From Octopus sinensis (Eukaryota): 64,000 bases of DNA. The stretch lies in assembly GCF_006345805.1 (NCBI RefSeq), contig NW_021831752.1, forward strand, positions 124,001-188,000, given 5' to 3'. Below the pieces are notes generated by a model. It was given only the letters and a program-made list of their open reading frames with translations, made no database searches and was not told where the DNA came from. The translations under genes and the position numbers were made by a program. Below are positions 1 through 12,337 of this stretch, in pieces (the first letter of the stretch is position 1; the number at the start of each line of letters is the position of its first letter).

Positions 1-81
1 TTTTTTTTATTTAAAAACTTTAAAAAATTGTGGCGAATTCAGAATTGGCGAATTTAAGAATGTCGAATTTGGGGGTTTATT

Positions 82-189
82 CAAGAAATTAAAAATACTT
101 AAATCAAAAAGACTTAAGACTTTACTTTTTACTTTAGATTAAACCTATATTGAATTCAAATGAACATTCTTTAATGTTTAAGAAACAAC
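82..189. repeat. ~110-bp dispersed repeat, copy 1 (copy 2 at 9647-9757)
   Basis: Near-identical caagaaatt...ctttagattaaacctatattgaattcaaat...aatgtttaagaaacaac at both sites. Confidence 0.8.
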
Positions 190-219
190 TCGAATGTTTA
201 AGAAACAACTGGATGGCTT

Positions 220-880
220 GAAAAATTTAAAAGAAGACATGGGTTAAAATTGAAGAAACTTTATGGAGAATTTTCTACAGAGAATTTCTCAAATTCTGAA
301 GTTAATGATTTTCTCATTAATATAAGAGCAAAAATAAAATTATATGGTCACGAAAATGTCTATAATGCAGATGAGACAGGATTATTTTATAAAGCTCTTC
401 CATGTAAAAGCATTTGCAAGATCAAGAGATATGGGCATAAATTATTGAAGGATCGAATATCGATAATGTTCTGTTCAAATATGACTGGTACCGATAAACT
501 AACACCATTCATAATTGGAAAATTCAAAAATCCTAGATGCTTTAAAAATTTTAGCTATCGAAGTTTTGTGACCTATCATATTTGCCGGCAAAAGCTACGT
601 GTTTATTACAGCCGATGGACCATGGAGTCATTAAGACATTCAAGACGCTATTCAATAAATTCAAATTTCTTGAAATTATTGAAAAAATTGAACTCGGAAA
701 ATCGTCATCTGAGGCATGTAAAGAAATAAACCTTAAGGATGCTTTAATTTATACCTATCAAGCATGGACAAAGCTAAATAGTACAATAATAATAAATTGT
801 TTTCGACATGCTAAATGGACCGAAGATTTTATACAGAGAATGAAGAGATCCTGGACAATATGGATGAAAATGATGATGAA
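220..880 (+). mobile_element. Tigger/pogo (CENP-B-like DDE_1) transposase remnant, internally deleted and frameshifted
   Basis: GWLEKFKRRHG (HTH_CenpB end), NVYNADETGLFYK, KDRISIMFCSNMTGTDKL, then LPAKATCLLQPMDHGVIKTFK in another frame; the middle DDE segment is missing. Confidence 0.85.
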
Positions 881-1326
881 GGAAATGTAACCATTTCCTC
901 TAAACTTAATTGAAGATTCTATTTCTCCGTTAGTTATTGTGATATTCCCAATTTATTTCTCCGTTACTTATTGTGATATTCTCAATTTCTGATGGTTCAT
1001 TGAGACACTATTGATTTTATTTTGATTTATACTTGTAGTATTAAATCTTCATGTTCTTGGTGATAAAATGGAAGACAGATCCCAATATTAGACTTATATG
1101 ACTCGTCAACGTAATAAATTTTGCATCGTCATAATTCAAATATGTTGGACCAATGATTTCTAAATTAACGGGAATCCTTCTAGCTAAATGTATTTTCTTC
1201 CATTGAAAATTAGTTTTTGACGACATAGATATTGAAATTCATTGTTTAAGAAACTATATTTATAATATAGAATAATATATTTTATTGATTTGCTCACAAT
1301 TAAAAAGAAAATTCTTACTGGTTCTA
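877..1326 (-). pseudogene. Duplicated, intron-retaining fragment of the minus-strand gene at 15158-15574
   Basis: High-identity match to 15158-15574 including the intron gtataaatcaaaataaaatcaatag; has a frameshift and a ~34-bp tandem duplication (926-995) absent from the source copy. Confidence 0.75.
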
Positions 1327-1481
1327 ATTACAATTACAAAAAACCAAAAATTGTCTCAAGAAAAGCTATAACTCTAAATTTAGTATTTATTCTTACTGCA
1401 AAAAACCTAAAATTATTTCAAATTATATTCCTGTAACAAATAACGAAGAACTCAAAATACTTTAATATAGGTTTAGTTTTC

Positions 1482-1958
1482 ATGCCCGCGGAACGCGGCT
1501 CTTAACGACCTTATCAGGAGAGCTCTGGAAGTCGCCGGACTCCCTCCCTGCTTGAACCCACTGTTATCGATCGGGGGGACGGAAAAAGGCCTGAAAGGAT
1601 TACTGTGTTTCCCTACAACAGGGAAAAGCCTCTTACCTGGGATGCCTCGTGTGTGTACTCTCTCTCGCCTCAGAACCTGCTGATGTCCGCATCCGCTCCT
1701 GGATCTATTGTCACAACCGCGGTATGCAAAAAGATGCGGAAGTACTCCTCACTTATAGAAAAGTTCCAATTTCTCCCATTCGTAGTTGAGACTTCCGGTT
1801 CCTTGGGCGGTAAGGCAATCAGCTTCGTTCAGGAGATCGGGTCCCGGATGTCTGCTCGCACAGGTGACGCCCGCGAATCAAGATGGTTTTTCGAGCGGAT
1901 ATCCCTCGCGATAGTACGCTCTAATTCTTTCTCGATCGCGTCGGCTTCCCGTCTTTGA
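1482..1958 (+). mobile_element. CRE-clade non-LTR retrotransposon 3' fragment (restriction-like endonuclease domain)
   Basis: ALNDLIRRALEVAG..LEPTVIDRGDGKRPERITVFPYNREKPLTWDASCV..FLPFVVETSGSLG..RWFFERISLAIVRSN. Confidence 0.8.
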
Positions 1959-2189
1959 AGTTTAGTTTCGGATTACTTTTTTTATGTACAAAATAAAGAA
2001 CCTTTTATTCTCAGGCCAAATTTCTTATGAAAAAAACATTTTCTTATAAATTTTATTTTATCATATCATGCCGAAACGCCATAAGTTTTGAAACAAATAT
2101 TTTTGAAAAAATTATTTTCTACTTTATATCTAAAGATTCAACAAATAGAATATTCTTCTTGCGCTTTTGAATATTTTTTATTTTTTTAG

Positions 2190-2372
2190 CCAGCTGTTTG
2201 ACGGATCTCCAAACTGTTTCCCTTGAGAACTGCGATCGAGAACCGCTGGAAAAGCCAGTCCACCTCCCGAGGATCGTGAGTGCACATGGAGATTTTGACC
2301 CTAAGGTTACAAAGGAAGTTTCCGTCTTCGGACCAAGAGCACCCGACGTCCTCACCTCAATTGGCCGCACGA
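2190..2372 (-). mobile_element. CRE-clade 3'-terminal fragment, second family, frameshifted
   Basis: Minus strand RPIEVRTSGALGP..LGSK then, after a frameshift, ISMCTHDPREVDWLFQRFSIAVLKGNS. Confidence 0.7.
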
Positions 2373-2829
2373 AAAACTTATGTAATAAATTAAAAAGTAA
2401 AATGCAATTTTTAAAGTATAAAGTAATCAAGGGGCAATTTTATATGTGACCATTTGGTTTTTAAGTTTGATTGTATTGTCACACATTTAATCTACTTTCA
2501 CAAGCTGCTACATTAAATAAACATTATTTTTATTATTTGTTGTTGAAAGACTTGAAAAAGTCTAATATTTCCGCATTTTTGTTTTCAAACGAGTTAGAGA
2601 CTAACAAATTACCCAAATTAATTAAAAAATAATTTAGTGAGTCTTACAAATTTATCGTCTATTTCCTTCGTGTTTTGAGCCATCTTTGGGACGTGGAATT
2701 TTAATTAATAACTAGCTCGGCAGCTCGCTTCGCTCACCGCGACCTAGCTCCTGCGGAGGGCCTGTTTCATCAAACAACTATAAGTTTATGTAGATGTATA
2801 AAACTACCTGGTTTAATGTAACCCTATTC

Positions 2830-3010
2830 TTTCGCCTGTTGATAAACGATGTTTGTCGTCCGTCCTTCCTTGGCATATTTTAATAAATTTTCTCTTCTGC
2901 CTACCCTCGAGCATCCCACATACAGCTGTCCATGTGAAAAGCACTCACTCTCTAAAAATAACCCAACTACCTTTAATGACTGTCCCTGGGCCTTGTTTTT
3001 GTCATTGCAA
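2830..3010 (-). pseudogene. Helitron Pif1-type helicase C-terminal remnant
   Basis: NKAQGQSLKVVGLFLESECFSHGQLYVGCSRVG..GRTTNIVY matches the conserved Helitron helicase C-terminus. Confidence 0.9.
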
Positions 3011-3391
3011 ACTTTTTTTTCATTTTTGTGGTTTATTTTTTTTTATATTTAATTTTTTCATTTTTCCTTTGTAATTTCCTTTTTTTCTTTTTTTATTTTT
3101 TTGTTTTTTACTGGCGGAAATGGGGCAGGGGGAGATGCGGCAGGCGGAAATGCGGCAGGCAAGAAAGCGACACACAAAAAAGCGACACACAAAAAAGATT
3201 TAATTAATTACCTTATTAAGCTGACCGTTTTTTCTTCAGCTTCGTTTTTCCTCCTTCGGTTATCTATTTAAAAAATTATTTTTGAATAATAAAAAAGTTT
3301 AGGAAAAGAGGCATACCGAAAATAAATTCTATCTTTACGAAAAACTCAAGTAAATAGTTAATATTTTTACGCAAATTCTTCTGATTGCGCT

Positions 3392-3597
3392 GTCAATTGG
3401 TGGTAAATTGTGTTAATGGTTGTGCTAATGTGGTTTCAACTATCAAAGTGTTTTTCAAAATCTGTTAATTGCACACTCTATTCAAGGTCGTGCGTCAATT
3501 GGTGGTAAATTGTGTTAATGATTGTGCTAATGTGGTTTCAACTATCAAAGTGGTTTTTCAAAATCTGTTAATTGCACACTCTATTCAAAGTCGTGCA
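3392..3597. repeat. Two-copy ~100-bp direct repeat inside the Helitron
   Basis: gtcaattggtggtaaattgtgttaat...gcacactctattcaa occurs twice in tandem. Confidence 0.85.
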
Positions 3598-3804
3598 ATC
3601 TGTGATTGCACATTCTGTCAAAGTCAAATATGATAATAGCTTTAATTTGATTCATGGTCGATAATGATATATGCATTTAATTTTAAAGAGAAAAACATAG
3701 GATGAATTGAATTTCTTTATCGCGAATAATTGGGAGTTCATCATTGTTAATATTCTCGCTGTCGTTTTCATCAAGGATATTCTTAATACGTGAGATTTTT
3801 GCCT

Positions 3805-5076
3805 TGAAGGTTTTAATGGACCTCATCATGAATGTCGAGGACATTCGCGTTGTTCATTTTAATCAAAATGCAGAAAATAATTTTTTGATTTTTGGGGGAA
3901 GGTTTTAAGGACTTCATCATGTAAGTCGAGGACGTTGTAGTTGTTCATTTTAACCAAAATGCAGAAAATTTTTTTTTAATTTTTTTTGGGGGGGAAGATT
4001 TTAAGGACTTCATCATGTAAGTCGAGGACATTGTAGTTGTTCATTTTAACCAAAATGCAGAAAATTTTTTTTAATTTTTTTGGGGGGGAAGGTTTTAAGG
4101 ACTTCATCATGTAAGTTGAGGACATTGTAGTTGTTCATTTTAACCAAAATGCAGAAAATTTTTTTTTAATTTTTTTGGGGGGAAGGTTTTAAGGACTTCA
4201 TCATGTAAGTCGAGGACATTGTAGTTGTTCATTTTAACCAAAATGCAGAAAATTTTTTTTTAATTTTTTTGGGGGGGAAGGTTTTAAGGACTTCATCATG
4301 TAAGTCGAGGACATTGTAGTTGTTCATTTTAACCAAAATGCAGAAAATTTTTTTTTAATTTTTTTTGGGGGGGAAGGTTTTAAGGACTTCATCATGTAAG
4401 TCGAGGACATTGTAGTTGTTCATTTTAACCAAAATGCAGAAAATTTTTTTTTAACTTTTTTGGGGGGGAAGGTTTTAAGGACTTCATCATGTAAGTCGAG
4501 GACATTGTAGTTGTTCATTTTAACCAAAATGCAGAAAATTTTTTTTTAATTTTTTTTGGGGGGAAGGTTTTAAGGACTTCATCATGTAAGTCGAGGACAT
4601 TGTATTTGTTCATTTTAACCAAAATGCAGAAAATTTTTTTTTAATTTTTTTTGGGGGGGAAGGTTTTAAGGACTTCATCATGTAAGTCGAGGACATTGTA
4701 GTTGTTCATTTTAACCAAAATGCAGAAAATTTTTTTTTAATTTTTTTTGGGGGGAAGGTTTTAAGGACTTCATCATGTAAGTCGAGGACATTGTAGTTGT
4801 TCATTTTAACCAAAATGCAGAAAATTTTTTTTTAATTTTTTTGGGGGAAGGTTTTAAGGACTTCATCATGTAAGTCGAGGACATTGTAGTTGTTCATTTT
4901 AACCAAAATGCAGAAAATTTTTTTTTAATTTGTTTGGGGGGGAAGGTTTTAAGGACTTCATCATGTAAGTCGAGGACATTGTAGTTGTTCATTTTAACCA
5001 AAATGCAGAAAATTTTTTTTTAATTTTTTTGGGGGGAAGGTTTTAAGGACCTCATCATGTAAGTCGAGGACATCGT
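3805..5076. repeat. Tandem array of ~14 units of ~95 bp
   Basis: Unit ggttttaaggacttcatcatgtaagtcgaggacattgtagttgttcattttaaccaaaatgcagaaaa(T)n aa(T)n(G)n aa; internal units differ almost only in homopolymer length and the end units are degenerate. Confidence 0.95.
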
Positions 5077-5583
5077 ATTGCCAATTTGAAGTTGGTGTGC
5101 ACACACAGACAGACAGACAGACAGACACACACCATACCATTTTATTATTAAGATTAATAAAATTGAAGAAATGTAGATTTTGAATTCAAGGAATATTAAT
5201 TCTGACAAATACAAAAATCACTATTTGGTAAAGAGCGTTAAAAACTGTATAGTTATGCGTAATAATCATTTTATATTGTTTCGCAAATTTATTCGTAATT
5301 GAATATTCTTGTTCGTTCGTCGGTATGATTTCCAATGAGCAATCAAACACCCAGAAATACATTTGGACGGACGGTGGATTTTTTGGACTTTTAACTGGTA
5401 ACCACTATAAGGCGATGAATGAGATTCTGAACAAAAATTAGATCACTATTTCAAAATGTACCTCTTAGAGATTTTAGAAAGCAAGATTTCGGAATATTCA
5501 TGAAATCATTTTGAATATCTTTAAAAATGGTATGTTTTTATTTGTATAAAACATTTATTTTATTTTTTAAAATAACAATTATT

Positions 5584-5757
5584 ATCCCCCTGGCTGTTGA
5601 GACGTCAGGAATACAGGGGTCTTCTACTCGGACTCTACTTCAGCGGATTGGCTCACTAATCGAAAGGGTTACCGGCGACACGTGTGAGCACCGGTATTTA
5701 ACCGAACGAATATCTATAGCTATAGTCAGAGGCAATACTCTGGCTTTCTGCCAATGA
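5584..5757 (+). mobile_element. CRE-clade 3'-terminal fragment, same family as 63345-64000
   Basis: IPLAVETSGIQGSSTRTLLQRIGSLIERVTGDTCEHRYLTERISIAIVRGN; highly similar to 63841-64000. Confidence 0.85.
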
Positions 5758-7071
5758 CCATTTTTCTCTTGTCCTTTTATTAATAAATAAATTAATTAAA
5801 AACAGAAATTATTATTTTAATAAACTATTGAAAATAATTTTGTGCTGCTGTTCTTGGTTATATAAACAATGTTTACGATTTTTCGTTGATGGAAGTACAG
5901 TCTCGCTGCGGCTGTCGGCTGAGAGAGCAGCCAACATAGGGAAGGAATAGAAACTTGTTTTTTAAGTATTTTTTGTTTTTTGTTTGTATAGGAGTGTGAT
6001 GGAATGTATATATTGGTTGAGTCTGGTTATACAGCTACGTTGGGTTATCTTTGTGATAAGTATCTTCATCCAACGTTCTCAATCCCCTTGTTTTTGGCAG
6101 CCCATACTCTTTACATGTTCGGACTTTCCAAAGATCTTCAGAGCCTGGGATTTTTAACGAATAAATAATTTTTATCAATCAATCTGAATTCATTTATTTT
6201 AATTATTCCTTGATTAGCTACAACGGCGAATTTCTGTAGGCAAGCGGCGTCAATGCTCGTCTTTACACTCAGTATTCTGGAATAAAAAAGAAAGCTTAGA
6301 TTTACGCTTCAGTAAATCAAAATCATTCATTTATGATAATCGAGAGAAATCATCCTGAATATTTATCAAATTATATCATTGCTTTTTCTTCCAAGTTATT
6401 CTTAGTTATTTTAAAAATGAGCATATGACAATAATGTAGATTTGTCGAAAAATCATAAAATATGAAAATGTGTTTACTAAATATTTTCAAAATCATTCTC
6501 GTTAATTTTTTTAGAATTCTCAAATTTTCATTGAATAATCAAAACCACATAATTATTCATCATTGTTTTCAACACACATTAATAATTATCTGGTCCTTTT
6601 ATTTTTGAAAATATTTGATTCTAAAAACTAATCCAAGATTGTGTTAGAAATTAGAAAATAAAAGTTATATAATGCTAGACATCTCCGAGATAATTTCTAT
6701 CGGTAAAGATTTTTTTATTCCCCAAATGGAACACAAGAAACAAATTAAGTGACGTGATCCCGAGCCGCTTCAAAAGGGTCCTTATCTTTTTTGATTTTCC
6801 TAATGCGAAATTGCGTTTTGGGCGTGTTGACATTAAGAAATAAACAATTGGAATTTGAAAAATAATTGTTTCTAATTAATCAGACATTACTCTAAAGCAA
6901 TTAATTTGAGGGTTTCTGGTATAAATATCGCGAAAGTTTTTCTCCAAAGTTATTTGACAAAGTAACGCAATATTTTATCCGACTATTCAAAAGTCGCCGG
7001 TTTTTTACCAGTTGTGAAGCGGAATTAATTAGATAACCAACAAATTACTTTTAGTAACGAAATTAGGGAAA

Positions 7072-8997
7072 ATGGGAAATCAGAATTTAGTCTGGAGCAA
7101 AAAAATTGAATTCATCTTTACATTATTGTCGTTCGCAGTTGGACTTGGTAATGTATGGAGATTTCCTTATCTGTGTTATAGCAACGGAGGAGGTAGCAAA
7201 ATTAATAAATTAAATTAGGCGCTTTTCTTCTTCCCTATTTCTTGAGCCTCTTTTTAATTGGACTCCCTATATTCTTTCTGGAAATATCTTTGGGTCAGTT
7301 TTCTGGGTTAAATTCCATTGCTTGCTGGAATATTGCACCTGCTTTTAGAGGTATTAAAAATTAGAAAATGTTAGGTATTGGATACAGTGTGATTCTTATT
7401 CCTTGTGTACTGGGTTGTTATTACAATGTCATTGTTTCAATTTGTCTTCAATACTTGTACTTTTCTTGGTCAAAAACACTTCCGTGGACGTTGTGCAATC
7501 AAAGTTGGAATGTAAACTGTAATTAAATATTTTGACCAATAAAAATTAGGTACCAAAGGGAACCAAGCAGAAGAATTTTTTATGTATAAACCTCTTTTTA
7601 ATAGACAAATAGGAATCGGGTTTTGGATGTAAGTTCAGGAATTGATCAATTAGGAAAACCTGTTTCTAACATGGTTGGTGCCTATTTTTTCGCATGGTTA
7701 TTGGTCTTCTGTTGTTTATCATTTTCCATTAAATCTTTGGGAAAAGTGAGTCACGTCTAATCAACTATTTCCAGGTCTCATACGTGACTGCGATATTTCC
7801 CTATGTTATGATGACGATTTTGATTATCCGCACTGCACTATTGCCTGGCTCAAGAGAAGGAATTTCTTTTTATTTAAAACCAAACATTAAGAAAATTGCT
7901 AGTGCTGAAGTATTTCATAATTATCCTTATTTTAAGGTTTGGAAAAATGCTGCAACGCAAATATTTTTCTCCCTTTCGACGTGTATAGGCGGAATTATTT
8001 CTTTATCAAGTCACAACAAATTCAAAAATAATGCCGTCCAAGATGCAGTTTTGGTTGCAATTATAAATTGCGCGACATCTTTTTATGTTGGATTTGCAGT
8101 CTTTGGAGCAACCGGATATTTAGCTTATATTCAAAATAAACCTGTTCCGGATGTTGTAGAATCGGGTAAGAACCCTTAATATAAAAATCCAAAAAGGGAT
8201 GGGACTTGCCTTTATTGCATATCCAACTGGTCTTGCTCAACTCCCAGTTCCTCAACTTTGGTCGACACTTTTCTTTATAATGATGGTTCTTCTTGGACTT
8301 GGATCTATGGTTTATTTGTTATATATAACATTTCAGCTGTCAATCGCTGAAGGTGCCCTGACTGCTTTGGAGCATTTTCTTCCAGATCATAGTCGAATAC
8401 AAAACATAATGTTCAGAGGGGCAATGTGCTTTTTAGGCTTTATTATTGGCCTTCCAATGTGTTTTCAGGTATTTCAAAAATAACACTGTTAAGGGTGGAA
8501 ACCATTTGCTTGATGTTGCGGATACTGGAATTAACATTGATTTTATATGGATTGGGATCTTTCAAGCTGTGGCAGTAATGTACGTATATGGTAATAAAAA
8601 ATCATTTTGATTTTTAAAGGTATCAAAAATTATTACCAAGACATGAAATTTATGCTTGGAAAAAACCTGAATTATTATTGGTTAATAACTATTGGTGGAA
8701 CCGCGCCTATTGGACTAATCGTAATAAAAGAAGAAATAATATTTTTAGGTAATTTTAATCAGCATATTTTCAAAATTTGAATATGCTGAGGCAGCTAAGA
8801 CGACACCTGCACGTGTTCTCTATGTTTTCATTGTTGCATCTCCATGCGTGATTACTCTTGGATATTTGATTATCTATTATCTCTTGATATATTTTGTAAT
8901 CATAAAAATATTAATCCAATAGAAAAAGTTCAAGGAGACTTCCGTATGGCAGCCTCAGGCTGACTATACAGAGGGATACAAGTCCGAAATTCTCTGA
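7072..8997 (+). CDS. SLC6 sodium:neurotransmitter/amino-acid symporter, multi-exon with tiny introns
   Basis: [75 protein letters not shown]; GT..AG introns such as gtattaaaaattagaaaatgttag. Confidence 0.95.
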
Positions 8998-9646
8998 TTT
9001 ATTGTTTAACTCTTTTTTTCGGAACTAATAAAACTTTTATTAATCTTTAATTCCAAAAAATTATTTAAAAGATGCAACATATTGTACTGCTTTTAAAAAT
9101 ATTAGTTCAATTAACCACATGCTATTCAACACACCATTAAACAAACCACATTTCAAAAAAATAAATTTTTATTGTTTCAAATATGAAAAATTAACCTGTT
9201 CCTAGGAATGCTAATCGAAAATAACTATAATAACTATTTTAACTTTAATAGCCTCGGATTGTTTAATGAAATAGCCATAAGCTCGTTTATTTCTTAGATT
9301 GTAAAATAAAAGTGCATGTACTTTCTTAATTTTCTTTCTATTAAATCGTAGTTTATTGTTTAATATAGGTGGATAATTGCCAATTTGAGTTAAAAATGCT
9401 TAAAAGTAAAATTTTCATCAAAAACTGCATTATCTTTCCATATAAATTTTGATCAAAATTTATGTACAAAAGATAATTGTACAATTTAAGTTTTAATTAT
9501 GCTTTCCAACTAAAATATTGACATTGTTAAAATATTGACAATGTAACTTTATTAATGAATTAACTTATTCTTATTAAAAACCATCCATAAAACGATACAT
9601 TTCGGGATTCAGGATAAAAGCAAATATTCCAAATCAATATGAATTA

Positions 9647-9757
9647 TCAAGAAATTAACAAATACTTAAATTAAAAACACTTAAGACCTTCAATTTCTAC
9701 TTTAGATTAAACCTATATTGAATTCAAATTAACATTCTTTAATGTTTAAGAAACAAC
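9647..9757. repeat. ~110-bp dispersed repeat, copy 2
   Basis: Matches 82-189. Confidence 0.75.
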
Positions 9758-9949
9758 AAAGAATAGTGGAGAAAAATATTTAAAGTGCAGCCCCTTGTTC
9801 ACTCGGAAGCTTTGATATGCAGGTTTTTTATTAGTTAGTTAATTAGTTTTTTATTAAAGTAATCATTTGAATTAGAGTGATTATTTTTAAAAGTTTTTTA
9901 ATTTTATTTTAAACAATTTCATCTTAATCCCGAAAATTTTTGAAATAAT

Positions 9950-11620
9950 TGTAGACAATGCTGAAATCATAATTACTTTGAAAAGACCAAACAAAATTAA
10001 ATTTCCAAAGTAATTTGAAATTTTAAACGTCTTTTCCGTTTTCTATTGAAAAGTAGTTAAAATAGAAAATTACTTTAATTGAATAATATGTCAAATTTAA
10101 AACTTTACACGTTAGTGAATAAGATTCTTTCTTTTCTGGTTTTTGATCTATTATTTGAAAAAGATTAAACTAGAATTTTTATCCTAAATAAACCTTTTCT
10201 ATTAATAGAATTTTGCAATTTTTTATCGATTTGCACAATTTTGCTTGTACTGATATTATACGACTCGTATAAAATCCAGCAATGAGGATCCATCCAATAA
10301 CATACAAATCAGTAGAGTTTTGGAAAATCTCTTCTCTGATTAAAATGAACTAAATTTATTACAATCGATGAAATATTAACTCGATAAACAATCCACCCCA
10401 AAAAGAATGCTACAATATAAAATGAAATTGAAATAATTAGGTTCATTTTTATCATAGATTCAAAATTCTATGTTTTTATTTATACTTTAAACAAACCTTA
10501 ACGTATGAACGTAATGAAAGCCAAAAATTAATTTTCTTTACAGAGCTTAATCTGAAATGAGGAATTCCCAGTTTTTCAGATTTTTGATTGTCAGAAATTG
10601 AGTTCAAGTACTTCCAACATTGAACTTGCTAAATTTTCTAAAATATTTTAAAAATTACTATGGTGTATGCTCTTTCGGAGCAACTCAATAAAAATATATA
10701 ATATAATGAAATATATATTTTTTGGAAAATAAGGGCCAAATAAAATATAAATTCCCTATCAATAATTAATGACACATTTGAACGTTTTAGTATCTCCCAT
10801 GGTAATACGAACAAAGTCTAACGGACTCAAGTTAAAAGTGATTGTATCTCCTGCGTTGTAAGCATAATATTTGAATAATTGATTGCTGAAACCAATTATA
10901 ACCGATGCGATTATAGCTAATATTAAATTTGCTTTATATTTGTGAGATTTTTTCGCTTTATCCACAATTATAGATGCGATTTCTTCTACAGAGAGAGTAA
11001 CCTTGTATTTAATATTATTCTTGATAAATAGACAGTTGACTAAATTATTTTAAGTATATAACATAACTTTTCTCATGATTCTTAATTTTAATTATTAATA
11101 TAAATACTTTATTTCTGATTTCTCCTAACTTGTCTTTAGATGATTTTTTATGTGAAGTTTGATAATGATTGCTATTTGTTTCGTCCTTAAATTTATCAAA
11201 ATTTTTCATTTTTACACATAATTTATCTTCAAATAAATCATGATTGGTGATTTCCTAATGAAATAATACTTTAGGGAACAAAAACATTTAAAGCGTCCTC
11301 TTTATTTGTTGTAAAACGTTTTCTAAGATTAAGATTTCCGACATTAGCTCTAAAAATAATAGTTTAATAAAAATATTACTTTCTAACAAATGTATCTAAA
11401 TCACTTTCGGTTTCAGTAAACTCGGAAATTTCTCTTAATTTTTATTAAAAAACTATATAACTGCAAATAGTATGTTTTCACGTTTTCCGAAACACAGTTG
11501 ATCATCAAAAGAATTATCACAAACGACATTGAATTGGCTATCATTTGATATATTGGAAAGGTCTAAACAAGAAGAATTAATTAAACTTCTATATTTTCTA
11601 TGTAGAAGTAGATAGCAATA
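9950..11620 (-). CDS. Possible multi-exon membrane-protein gene, unresolved
   Basis: Open minus-strand segments with hydrophobic stretches (ANLILAIIASVIIGFS; DLYVIGWILIAGFYTS); no family recognised. Confidence 0.3.
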
Positions 11621-12337
11621 AATAGGGCGATGTTAAAAAAATAAAAGTATACAAAAGTGAGGTAAATTGTTATCCCGGTTTGTCTAGTCCACCTATAAAA
11701 ATGAGATTTTTAGTTAAAACCATTTATAATAAAATGGCAATAAAATAATTTTTGTGAGTACACTGATGCAAGTAAATGTATTTTTTGATTTCTTGACAGC
11801 ACTAAGATCATTATATTCTTTTTCATGTTCAATTAAACACTCATTCTCTGCTATATTATTTTCAATCGCATCCTGTAAAATTTTTTATATAATTTTACAA
11901 CCGCATCAAAATAAGACATCAAATCGGAAAAGCATTTTAACAGTTATTTAAAGAAAAACAATTAGTTATCAATTTAGATAATAATGTTAGACAATTATCC
12001 GATGAATACAAAATTATTCAATTAAGATACTAACTTATATAGACAAATTGTTTAAAATTGTTACAATCGAACATTTTTGAATTTACGTAAATCATAATTC
12101 AAGAACAGCAAAATTTAAAAACAATTTTGTTAAATTATACTTTAATAGTACATCAAATTGTTTTTTATTAATAGATATCGATTATAAATCAAATAAACGC
12201 AAAAAATAAATTGAAAATTTTTGCTTGGTGACCGATACACTATTTTCCTATGCAGTTTCACAACAGGAAAAATCATTTAAAAATAATAAATTCTGTATTT
12301 AATAAATTAAAATATCAATCTTATTTATAAGGAAAAA

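Larger units (their letters stand above)
2712..5153 (-). mobile_element. Complete non-autonomous Helitron
   Basis: Minus-strand 5' end A|TCTTAATAATAAAA followed by a (GTCT)n microsatellite; 3' end GC-rich gcggtgagcgaagcgagctgccgag then CTAG|T; A/T target site with no TSD; internal Pif1 helicase remnant. Confidence 0.85.

Noticed and set aside
3805-5076. CRISPR-like regularly spaced repeats
   Set aside because: Units are contiguous and identical with no unique spacers; eukaryotic context; explained as a Helitron-internal tandem array
5020-5214. 64-aa ORF containing CLSVCLSVC
   Set aside because: Translation of the (GTCT)n microsatellite at the Helitron 5' end
5870-6300. GC-richer island with two open plus-strand frames
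   Set aside because: No start, splice model or motif could be supported; left unannotated
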